Assembly (NCBI RefSeq): GCF_006345805.1
Contig: NC_042997.1
Coordinates: 26,908,001-26,972,000, forward strand
Direction: 5' to 3'
Length of the DNA: 64,000 bases
Source: Octopus sinensis
Lineage: Eukaryota
Shown: one piece after another, positions 40,139 to 50,650 of the stretch
Layout: every line of letters begins with the position of its first letter
How positions within the stretch are numbered: the stretch's first letter is position 1
Program-made: the position numbers and the translations under genes
Notes under the pieces: generated by a model
Seen by the model: only the letters and a program-made list of their open reading frames with translations
Told to the model about the DNA's origin: nothing
Databases searched by the model: none

Positions 40139-40276
40139 GTAATATTCGTAGCCACTTTAATATGGCTGTCCGTTTCAGCGGACTCTACTGCGATTTCTTG
40201 ACCAGTCTTCTTGGAGTTAAGAAATTGTAGAATCCGCTCGAACGGACACCCATGTTAAAGTGGCTATGAATATTAC
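40139..40276. repeat. Imperfect 138-bp hairpin
   Basis: GTAATATTCGTAGCCACTTTAATATGGCTGTCCGTTTCAGCGGACTCTAC pairs with GTAGAATCCGCTCGAACGGACACCCATGTTAAAGTGGCTATGAATATTAC. Confidence 0.85.
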
Positions 40277-40334
40277 TTAAACATGAATAGTTTCCTATTA
40301 AGCTATTGCGGCTATATTTTACATGTCCCCACCT

Positions 40335-40415
40335 TGGTAGCTAGGCAAATTCTACACACTCGCCAGAGATCTTAGAATTTAACCCCACGATTCCGAGTTC
40401 GATTCCAGGCAGTGA

Positions 40416-40454
<39 letters not shown>

Positions 40455-40460
40455 TGATGA

Positions 40461-40494
<34 letters not shown>

Positions 40495-40516
40495 GGTGGT
40501 GGTGGTGGTGGTGATA

Positions 40517-40548
<32 letters not shown>

Positions 40549-40715
40549 GATGACAACAACAACAACAGCGAAAAATACCTTAGGAATGAGAACCCAGGTT
40601 CGAAATTTCCCCAAGACACTTGAAAGCTGCAGGGCATATCAGTCGAAACGTTGTGTTAACAACAAACAAGATGAGGACAAATATCCGTCAAATGTAAATA
40701 ATGTAAATAATGTAC
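40335..40715 (+). mobile_element. Composite element: tRNA-like head, compound microsatellite, hammerhead-relic tail
   Basis: B-box GAGTTCGATTCC (~40396); (TAA)(GAT)(GGT)(ACA) tract 40420-40567; tail GACAC-TTGAAAGCTG..CAGTC-GAAACGTT-GTGTT homologous to 50555-50600. Confidence 0.55.
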
Positions 40716-40856
40716 AGAAAAACTTGTCTGACGATCTGACAGTCATTCCAATTCGTGCTCTGGCTATGCAGTTTATGTTAAAGACCTCCGAACGGTTGTA
40801 TGGTAAAACTAACTTCTTTAATAGCATTTGAATTCGAAACGCGAGGATTCGCAAGC

Positions 40857-41343
40857 AAATACTACAAGGTGTTTTGCCCTACACTCTGGTGAATTTGCTA
40901 ATATGCCATTGTTTTCTTTGCTGCATCAGTAGCTACAGTAGCTACAGCAAATACGTTTGATTTATTTTACTAATCCCGTAAGAATGAAAGGTAATATTTC
41001 GACCAAATTTGAACTCAGAGCGTGAAGGCATAGTTGTTCCATACTCTAATGAATCTGACAGCATGCCACCTGTTCGTGGCATCAGTAGCTACAGTAGCTA
41101 CAGCAAAAAAAAAACGTTTGATTTATTTTACTAATCCCGTAAGAATGAAAGTTAATATTTCGATCAAATTTGAACTCAGAGCGTGTAGGCATAGTTGTTC
41201 CATACTCTAATGAATCTGACAGCATGCCACCTGTTCGTCGCTACATCATTAATGACAGCAATTAATGCGAGAAGCTTATGGTTCATACACTAATTGAATT
41301 CTGAAATTCAATCTAAAGCGAAGCTTCCTGTTGCCTTTCTTGA
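40857..41343 (+). repeat. Copy 1 of a 326-bp local duplication, with a ~156-bp internal tandem duplication
   Basis: Colinear with 44684-45009; GCATCAGTAGCTACAG at 40923 and 41079. Confidence 0.92.
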
Positions 41344-41699
41344 CAGACACTAAATTTCTAGGTGATGATAACTTTGAATATCCATTCGGTTTTAACAACG
41401 TCATTTGTTTCATCGTTATACAGTGGGAATTTGGAAATCCATTAAAACGCATTCTACTTCAGTGAACGTGCAAACTCTGCGTTCGAAACGTTATTATTGC
41501 AAAACGTTAGTTTCTTTTAATTTACTCCCGAAGCTGTACAAATATTTGTTAGTCAGAAAGTTTTTATTTGCTATATTGGTTTTCTATATATAAATAATTT
41601 GTCAAAGCATGGTTTATTCATGACATCATACTGGAAGAGTAACCTCGCGTTGTCTTTCATGTGCATTCATTTAATTAATCCCGTTAAAATGATACACAA

Positions 41700-41886
41700 A
41701 ATGATGAGGATGATGATAGTGGAGTCTGGTCTTTTTGGTGGTGATGTTAGTGACAGTCGTATATTTGGTGGTGGTGGTGGTGGTGGTGATGGGCGACTTT
41801 AACGCAAATTATGTGATCATGATAACTGTGACAACGACGACGACGATAAAGACGATAACGACGGGGATGATGATGTTGACGATGAC

Positions 41887-41919
<33 letters not shown>

Positions 41920-42232
41920 ATTGACGATGGCATCGCTGCCAACTCTTATGGTCGTGGTGGGCGTAACAGGTAAGAGGGCTTCGAAGTGGTGGGTACAGCA
42001 GTCATGCTAATCATTACTATAATATTGATTTTTGGAGATCAAGTACATATCTGGGGAAGTGATGCGGTTCACTTGATCGACAATTAGTTCTTTAATTTAT
42101 CCATACCAGAACGATGAAAGGTAAATTCGATCTCTGCGGGATTCGAATCATGAAGATAACACTGCTGACATAAAGAGTGCATCTGAGGTCAGGTTGTACT
42201 CGTTGATAACGCATAAACGTTAGCAAGTAGTG

Positions 42233-42284
<52 letters not shown>

Positions 42285-43100
42285 CAGCAGCAACAGCAGC
42301 AGCAGTAGCAGCAGTAGTAGTAGTAGTAGCAACAGCAGCAGCAGTAGTAGGAGGAGGAGGAGGAATTGACCGGGAAGGAGCAATAGTTGCTGGTATTATC
42401 GCCTCGTTATCGCACCCGACAAAAGTGTCATGAAAGACTTCCCAATCGTCACCCATTCTGTTTGAAGCAGTGTAAATGTTGTGCATCTCTTATGAGGTAG
42501 TAGGAGGAAGGTGTGAAGAAAAGTGAGTGAGAGTTAGAGTCCGAATGAGAAGTAGGGTAGGAGTAAGGGAAGAACAGAGATGATAGTAGAGTGCTTGCTT
42601 GTAGTAACGATAATTAAAATAATTGTAGTAATAGCGTTGAGAGAGAAGGTGATGTTTATTGGCGGTGGTAATTATCCAGTCGTGCGACGGAATTGATATG
42701 GTGTTTTGGAAGGACTTCATAAAAATGCTATGGACAAACATATGGAGAAGGAGGAGAAAGGAAGAAACAAATGGTGTATGTTTTGATGATGAAGATGGTG
42801 ATTCTGATGGGGAAGGTGGTTCATGTGTGGAGCCAGTGTTAATGGTATTAGTGGTGAAAATGATAGTGGTAATAGCAGTTATAGTGAAATCGGTGGTGGA
42901 AGTGATAGAAGAGGTGGTGGTGGTGGTGGTGGTGGTGGTAGTGGTGGTGGTAGGAGCGGCGAAGGCAGTGTCAGTGGTGATGGAAGTGGGGATTGCTATA
43001 ATGGCTGTAATGATGGTGGCAGCGAGGGTGGCCGTGGATGTCTCAGCGGAGGCAGAAATGGTGGCAGAGGTAGTAGTATTAAGAAGGTGACGCATGTAAG
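41700..43100. repeat. Decayed trinucleotide low-complexity field (GAT/GGT/GTA/GCA/GAC)
   Basis: Direct reading; yields homopolymeric ORFs in all frames. Confidence 0.9.
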
Positions 43101-43694
43101 AGAGTAGTTATTTACTTGAAGTAGTAGCAATGTTTTATAGTTCACCATTTTACAGCTAATCGATAATTGACATTCTAGAAATGACCACCCTCTCATGTGT
43201 TTCACGAAATGTGTACGCCGAGCTATCTTTAACCCATGTGATTTTAATATGATACAGTGTGATTTGCGATAGATATGGCTGCTATATTTAGCACATCAAG
43301 TGATCACGCTAAGAGTCACACGTAGTAATTATTTTATCAAAGAGGTGACAGAAATTGTCCATAACACCTTTATCATTGTCGACTGATTGTGTAATTATGT
43401 GTAATAATTTCTCACCAATAGAGAAAATTATTAAGTAACTATTTATGGGAATATCAGTTTCTGAATTTCAGCAGAAATATCATCTAACATTGCTTATTAT
43501 ATAATGTATAGAAACACCTTTGAACTCGTGCACTTTGCAGAAAGAGCGATTCTATGGCTATACCCACATACATATACGTTTATATTTATCCCTGTGCAAA
43601 TCTATGCGTGTGTCATTGTGTGAGTGTGTAGGTATGATAGATCGCTAGCCACTAAACCTTTTTCTATTTTCTCACACCGTATATTTCTGTGTTC

Positions 43695-43730
43695 CTTTCT
43701 GTCGAAGAGCGTAGGCTCGAAACGTAAAAG
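43695..43730 (+). ncRNA. Minimal hammerhead-like motif in a PLE-type terminal repeat
   Basis: CUUU CUGUCGA A GAGC GUAG GCUC GAAA CG UA AAAG: stems I and II pair, palindromic ACGU in place of stem III, A6-to-U core change. Confidence 0.5.
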
Positions 43731-44147
43731 ACTTTCTCACTTCCCGAGCGTTAAACTAATACATCTGTTTGTTGTTTACACACCCGTCTTCGTCGTTTTT
43801 TTTTGTGTGTGTAAATTCTCTCTCTATATATATATGTAATGCGGGAAGGACTTTTCAACGAAGTCGCGTCTTGTATTTGCCTTCAGAATGTGGAGTAGTT
43901 GAAACAGGGACAACTGAGGAAGGGGAATATTCTTTATGTTGTATATCTCGTTTCTCTGTTTGTTTGTTTTTTTCGTTGTTCGAAAAAAAGTTCGTTTCTA
44001 TGTTTTTGCTGTACCGATATATGCATGTATATATACATATATATGTAGGTATGTACATATATCTATGTATATATGCATATAATTATATATTATTTATATT
44101 ATTATATGATCAAACGCCACGCATCATTTTCCAAGTATATATATATA

Positions 44148-44178
<31 letters not shown>

Positions 44179-44683
44179 TACATACATACATACATACATA
44201 CATACATACATGCATACATACATACATGCGTACATACATACATACATACATACATACATACATACATACATACATACATAAGTATACATATATACATTTA
44301 TGCATGTATGTATATATGTATTGCAATAATCACAAAACCAAAATCACTTATATTTGATAACTATTTAATTCGTTCGGTTTAAGCATTTACACAACAAATT
44401 GTATACAGAATAAATTGTCTTCAAACTTTAGAAACGAAGTTATTGGAATCTACCAAGCTACTTCGCTTGTAAAACGAAACAATTTGACGCGTAACTGCAT
44501 GACGTATATTAAATACATTCGAAATATTAGTAATTTATTTTATGATTATTCTGATATTAGACGACTCGTGTTTTCTAACGATATAGCCTCTCCTTGACGG
44601 GTGGTACGGTTATAGCGCATCGTGAAATATTGTAAAATATTGCTCTGGACACTGAATCGAAATACCTGATTAATTTACTACAA

Positions 44684-45009
44684 AAATACTACAAGGTCTT
44701 TTGCCCTACACTCTGGTGAATTTGCTAATATGCCATTATTTTCTTTGCTGCATCAGTAGCTACAGTAGCTTCAGCAAATACGTTTGATTTATTTTACTAA
44801 TCCCGTAAGAATGGAAGGTAATATTTCGACCAAATTTGAACTCAGAGCGTGAAGGCATAGTTGTTCCATACTCTAATGAATCTGACAGCATGTCACCTGT
44901 TCGTCGCCACATCATTAATGACAGCAATTAATGCGAGAAGCTTATGGTTCATACACTAATTGAATTCTGAAATTCAATCTAAAACGAAGCTTCCTGTTGC
45001 CTTTCTTGA
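44684..45009 (+). repeat. Copy 2 of the 326-bp local duplication
   Basis: Only a handful of substitutions relative to 40857-41343. Confidence 0.92.
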
Positions 45010-45263
45010 TAATGTACTTCTGTGTGTGTGTGTGTGTACATGCATATTTGTGCCTATGCTTTGCGGACATAACATTTCTGCATTGAAATAGTTGCACATT
45101 TATCTGTCCATGTATTGAGATCATTTTTCTCTTATTTTAGATGTAATGATACTTACACTCAATGCAACATACGCAGCATTTTAAGTCACACTTCCTTCCT
45201 GATCCATAAATACCTTCCGAAATTTCCACGTCACTTAGAATATATTTAATATTTCTAAAATGT

Positions 45264-45478
45264 AAGGAGGTGAGCTGGCAGAAACGTGAGCACGCCGGGC
45301 GAAATGCTTAGCAGTATTTCGTCTTTACGTTCTGAGTTCAAATTCCGCTGAGTCAACTATACTTTTTTATCCTTTCGAGGTCGATAAATTAAGTACCAGT
45401 TGCGTACTGGGTTGATCTAATCGTCTGGCATCTCCCGCAAAATTTCGGGCCTTCTGCTTTGAGGAGAAAAGAATATTT
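45264..45478 (+). mobile_element. OR-type SINE
   Basis: GAGCTGGCAGAAACG head, GAGTTCAAATTCC B-box, GTCGATAAATTAAGTACCAG core. Confidence 0.82.
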
Positions 45479-45488
45479 CTAATATATA

Positions 45489-45712
45489 AGGCGGGAAGCT
45501 GGCGGAATCGTTAACACGCCGAGCAAAGTGCTCTGCATTTCGTCCGTCTTTACGTTGTGCGTTCAAATTCAGTCAAGATCGACTTTGCCTTTGATGTCTT
45601 TCAAAGTCGAGATACTATGTACCAGCTGAACAAAAGGGGTCGATGTAATCGACTTCACACATCTCCCGCAATATAGCTGCACTTGTGACAAAATTTGAAA
45701 TCAATATTTCTA
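45489..45712 (+). mobile_element. Second OR-type SINE in tandem
   Basis: AAGCTGGCGGAATCGTT head, GTTCAAATTC, TCGACTTTGCCTTT, GGGGTCGATGTAATCGAC. Confidence 0.78.
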
Positions 45713-45794
45713 ACACATAACAATCTATGTGATCCAACCAAATTAATTTCTCCACTTAAAAGGTAATGAAGACTGAGTACGTTATATACAATTT

Positions 45795-45925
45795 ATGGAG
45801 GTGCGTTGTTTTGTACGCATGATCGCGAAGTTGTGGTTTCGATTTCTGGACCGGGTGATGCGTCGAGCTCTTAAGCAAAACACTTCATTCCACGTTCTTC
45901 TAGTCTTATCAACTGTCAAAATTGA
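45795..45925 (+). mobile_element. SINE head fragment (28293 family)
   Basis: GATCGCGAAGTTGTGGTTTCGATTTCTGGACCGGG, TTAAGCAAAACACTTCATTCCACGTT. Confidence 0.55.
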
Positions 45926-45952
45926 GTAGTCCTCCTGTGTCTCTGTTTTTCA

Positions 45953-46178
45953 TTATGGGTAAAGACCCCCTTCGGTCACGAATGACCATGGGATTGCACC
46001 TAGAAAGTTACCCTCCTAGACACAAGTCCGGGCAAGGTTGTTTATGGAAGACCAGCAGTCACCCATGCATACCAGCCTCCCTTCTCCACGCCACCAGTGT
46101 TATCCAAGGGAAAGACAAAGGTCGATACAGCTTGGCACCAGTGACGCCGCAACTCATTTCTACAGCTGAGTGAACTGT
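45953..46178 (-). mobile_element. 3' portion of a SINE/retroposon
   Basis: The reverse complement begins CAGTTCACTCAGCTGTAGAAATGAGT (SINE core motif) and ends ...GACCGAAGGGGGTCTTTACCC. Confidence 0.55.
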
Positions 46179-48035
46179 GTCTTTAAAGGATATTGTATGC
46201 CTTGGCATACAATATCAAAGTAATAAAACTAAAACTAACTTGCCAGCCATAATACAGATATTGACTGCAAAGTTTAGTGGGAGATCGCGTATGCTTGCCC
46301 TGTTTTACCCCTTCCTTAAGCAATAAGAACGAGGAATCTTTGGAAAATACCTAAAGACGGTATTTCATTGACGTAGTTGCACATGATGCATGATTTACGG
46401 TTACAGAATGTTCGTTGCTTGTTTGGAGTTTCACGAACAACAAAACTTTACTGGATTTAGTATTTGCATATGAAATCTCATTGTAAAAACCTTGAGGAGC
46501 ACAAGACCTACAGTGTTCAAAACATTCGAACACATACGGTTTCAGGTGAGTGCTTGTGAATTTATAGATATATGTAAATGAAAACACATGCAATATGTTC
46601 ATTGTATTGGATGGCTGTGGACTCTCTTACTTTCATCCGTCCTTTGGGAAATTTGTAATCCAGAAAGTTGTCTCAAGTCACTCTCCTCACCAAACAAGGG
46701 TAGGATAATAGTTTAATTGCTTCAAAGCCGACAGCACAATTGGTTGTGGTCATCAGAAGTATGTGTCTGCCAGAGAAGTATGTCTCTGTCCTGACCTCTT
46801 TCTCCCTTACACACGCATCTGCGCACTCGCATGCACACACATGCAAATTCACAAATATACAGACATACAATCTACATACCGTCCTACTTTAGTAAAGTCT
46901 ATATTTGGAGTGCTTCTTCCTGTACACCCAGTCATGTGCGATTTAATATTCACACTATTTGAAACATGGCGCTCAATTGTCGCTAAGTTGTCAATAATAT
47001 TCATGCGATAGTGAATATACTACAAATATATTCAAGTATTCCTGTTCAATATTCCACCAACTAAAATGATTATTCCCAATAGACTTTAGTGTAGAGAAAC
47101 CCATTTACATCTTTAATAACCCAAGAATGTTATGTATCATGTAGTTATCATCATAAACACATCAGTGTGCAACCATTTTTAATCGAATTCAGTGTTCGAG
47201 ATAACATTTCTAAATCGTACTCATTCTTCTTATTCTATAAATAAACTTGCAACGCAAATTTCTATCTGCATCTATTGAATATATTAAACAAGATAAACAA
47301 ATATCAAAGACAGTAAAGGAAAAAAAAAATAAAGAACTACAAAAATCATCAAGAACTTTTCTTTAATATTTGTTTATCGACCGGTGTCTTTAAATGATAT
47401 TTCATATTTCATATCATGGTGTTATTAGAAAATAAAATTATATTACCATGTACTGGAACCCAGTATCTACTCCTCACCAAACAAAAAAATATATAACTGG
47501 GAAAATATAAAGTACTTACTAATCTCTTAATATTTCCAATATCTTTCAGAATGATCCTGCAGTAATATTTAATTTTATTTTCGTTTCTTTCATCAATCGT
47601 ACATTTTTAAAAACTTTTAGTTCTTGTATTTTCCTTAACAAATTCTAATATGCGATATATCAAATAGTTTGAGAGGCAACTACACAATAAATACTTTTTC
47701 TACTCACTCGAGAATTAGGCAATAAGACTTGTTACTTTAGGAAATGAATACTTTTATTTTCTTTGACCACATAACTGTGGTGTCTAATCATTTTGAGATC
47801 ATAGTAAAATTCCTACAGCCAACCATGTTATGCACAATTTTTATTGCGATTGTACACTCCCCAAAAAGAAGAAACACACATCACTAACAAAAGCAACATA
47901 CATATCAGTCGTAAATTACACAAATATATCACTCACAGAGCAACACAAATATTAATATAAAAACACACATACACACACAGACATATATACATATAAGCAT
48001 GTAAGAACTCATATATATATATATATATATATATG

Positions 48036-48107
48036 TTCCTTACTGCATCATATATATATATATATATTCCTTACTGCATCATATATATATATATATATTC
48101 CTTACTG

Positions 48108-48165
<58 letters not shown>

Positions 48166-48190
48166 TATATATATATGATGCAGTAAGGAA
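48036..48190. repeat. 16-mer TTCCTTACTGCATCAT x3 plus one inverted copy, separated by (AT)n
   Basis: Direct copies at 48036, 48067, 48098; inverted ATGATGCAGTAAGGAA at 48175-48190. Confidence 0.92.
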
Positions 48191-48384
48191 TTTTGTCATT
48201 GAACAGGTCGCGGTTTCAAAGCGACGGAAATATTTTGACAAATTAAATAAAGTGTTGAAATGAATCTAAAGGTGCTTGTGTTTTTAAATGGCTTATAAAT
48301 AACCTCCACGCTGTAATTGCTTACACACACACATGCACACACACACACACACACGTATATATATATATATATAACAACAAAATT

Positions 48385-50110
48385 TTATATAGAGCTACCC
48401 AAGGTTTCCTACCTACATGTCAAGCCTTGGGGACAGATCGTGAAACTCTATATGAATACAAAATTTTGAAATATCTACTTTACAGACGCTCAAAACACTC
48501 ATAAACGTTCAGAACTCGAGAAATACGAAAAATAGTTAATCAGTACGGGTTATTTCTCCTTCAGCAGAGGGTAAAAAAACAACTTTATAGATTCGGAGAG
48601 CCTTAAGGAGCAAACAGGGGAGGTCCAATGTTCTAATAAGTAACGCTTGAAGTCTATTAATCTAAGGAAAATCTTTACCACACAAGTCTTGACGTTGAGT
48701 AAGAAGAGTGGAGCAAACCAAACGACATTTCTACAACGCTTCCTTTTTCGGGTGCTAGGGTCAGGAATGTAGGAGACGCGGTACTTCAACCCACTCAATA
48801 CCAGTGATTCATCGTAGTAGGGGACAGCCTCATCGAAGATATGTTGGATCGAGTATAGATTCATTCGAGATCCTCTTGCTTACACCTTTCTCTAGGTTCT
48901 TGAAAACAATGGGAGGGGCCGGAGGCTGTGCTAATATAAGACAGTCTGTCGTTTGGCTTGTGATAGGGCCTGTATGTACCAGAGCCCAGATCTAAAGTAA
49001 CAACTAAAAAAATCTACTGTGGTGAGATTAGTCTCAATGGTAAGCCTCAGACCCATTAAGCCTAAGGTGATAATTAGGTTCTGTCTACGTCTATCTAACG
49101 TGTAGCTGTTGACTCCTCTAGAGATTATCAGGGTGTAATCTTTGTAGAGGCAGAAAAAGACCGAAGGGAAACGCTTTCCTAAGGTGTCCAAGATGTACAG
49201 TGCGGTAAGATCACAGATGTCGGCGCTGTCATATGGTCCCACAGCTACATCAAAGGAGCCCTCAGGGTCAGATTGTTTGACCCAAGTCGAATCTTTGCTG
49301 AACATCACCCTCTTCCTGGTATGCATGATAACTCTAACATCACTATCACTAATATCTGTGAAGCACTTAGCAAAGGAAAATGCCTTGAATAATAACACTT
49401 TAGAAATAGATGGATGAATGTCGACAATGTCAAACTGTGTAAATCTAGCTCTTACACTGTCCCGTTTGGCAATGCGCTTACCAAATTGTTGCTGCACCAT
49501 AGAGGGCGGGTCGTGTGTCTTCTTATGTCGTCATTAATCCTCCTTACTATATAGTTACTCGTCTGGCCAATCTCGGACTTGGCCACGTTGACCAGACAGC
49601 ATTCGGGGTTAGAGGCAAAATTCGGCTTGTGATCTTTCAGTGTTATAAAAGCATTTCGCATGGACGTGATCTGTACTCTGTCTCCTATACCTAGATTAAC
49701 TTCTATTTTCTTAGCTTCAGAGTTACTGCTATTGTAAGTGTATGGGGAAGACCATCTGTAGTTTTGTGTGACTGAATCATTTAAAAGCCTATCGTAAGCG
49801 TATGTATAAGTTCTTATTCTTATCCGAGATGATTAGCGTTAGAGTTTCTTATTTTATGTATATCTTCACGGAGTTTGTTTTGAAAAGAGGAAAAGGAATT
49901 ACGGAATTTCACGCGCCTAGTAGGGCCGCTTCGAAGGCCTTGAGAACGTTGATTCTGGGTGGGAACTTCCTAGACAAGATACCGTATGTATTAGCCTAGA
50001 AGGTGGCATGGTTTGATCATATATTTAAATTTTGTATTCATATGGAATATGACGAGCTGTCCACAAGGTTTGGCTTAGTAGCTGCGAAAACTTGGGTAAC
50101 TCTACATAAA
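48385..50110 (-). pseudogene. Decayed Penelope-like element RT (Naiad-like by my recollection of motifs); no GIY-YIG seen
   Basis: AFITLKDHKPNF..CCLVNVAKSEIG, FTQFDIVDIHPSI, FDVAVGPYDSADICDL (cf. FDVTMGSYDGAE), LYKDY (cf. LYRDD), LTIETNLTTVDF, KRKRCRNVVWFAP (cf. RNIIWFNPP); upstream KFRNSFSSFQNKLREDI; (AT)n on both flanks. Confidence 0.85.
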
Positions 50111-50118
50111 ATTATTAA

Positions 50119-50170
<52 letters not shown>

Positions 50171-50469
50171 CGTAAATGTCGAACGATGAAATGAATATAT
50201 ATATATACATACATATATATACACACGTAAATGTCGAACGATGAAATGAATATATATATATATAAATATAATATAATATAATGTAATATAATATAATATA
50301 ATATTAAGGAAAACAAAATCAAGGCAGGACAAGCTTATCAGTTCTTTTAAATTAGTTTAATGGGGAAGCGAATTAAGCAGAACTACAATAAAACATGATT
50401 GGAGACAAAATATCAAGTGTATAAAGAAGGGAATATATAGGAAGGAAACTTTCATGTGGAGATATAGAG

Positions 50470-50650
50470 AAATATTTGTTCTATATTTTTGAAATGAGGA
50501 ATTCTGTACATTATTTACATTATTTACCCAGAGTTATGTTCAAAATTCTACCAGGACACTTGATGAAAGCTGGAGAGTCAATCAGCCGAAACCTTGTGGT
50601 ACCAACAAACAAGACGAGGACACATGTCCGTCCAATGTAAATAATGAAGA
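50470..50650 (+). mobile_element. Hammerhead-relic repeat (40570-40715 family) preceded by an inverted copy of its own tail
   Basis: GACAC TTGATGA AAGCTG..CAGCC GAAA CC; TGTACATTATTTACATTATTTAC (50506-50528) is the reverse complement of the tail at 40693-40715. Confidence 0.6.

Noticed and set aside
42189-43205. Long ORFs (201, 143, 94 aa), including a Gly-rich one
   Set aside because: Open in several frames because of stop-poor triplet repeats; no domain or splice support.
33808-43305. Short shared motif CGCTCGA...GAAATA.CAGCCAAAT (33808, 35386, reverse at ~43270)
   Set aside because: Too short and diverged to delimit an element or pair as TIRs.
50166-50255. Duplicated CGTAAATGTCGAACGATGAAATGAATATA
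   Set aside because: Two-copy slippage next to (AT)n; nothing further supportable.
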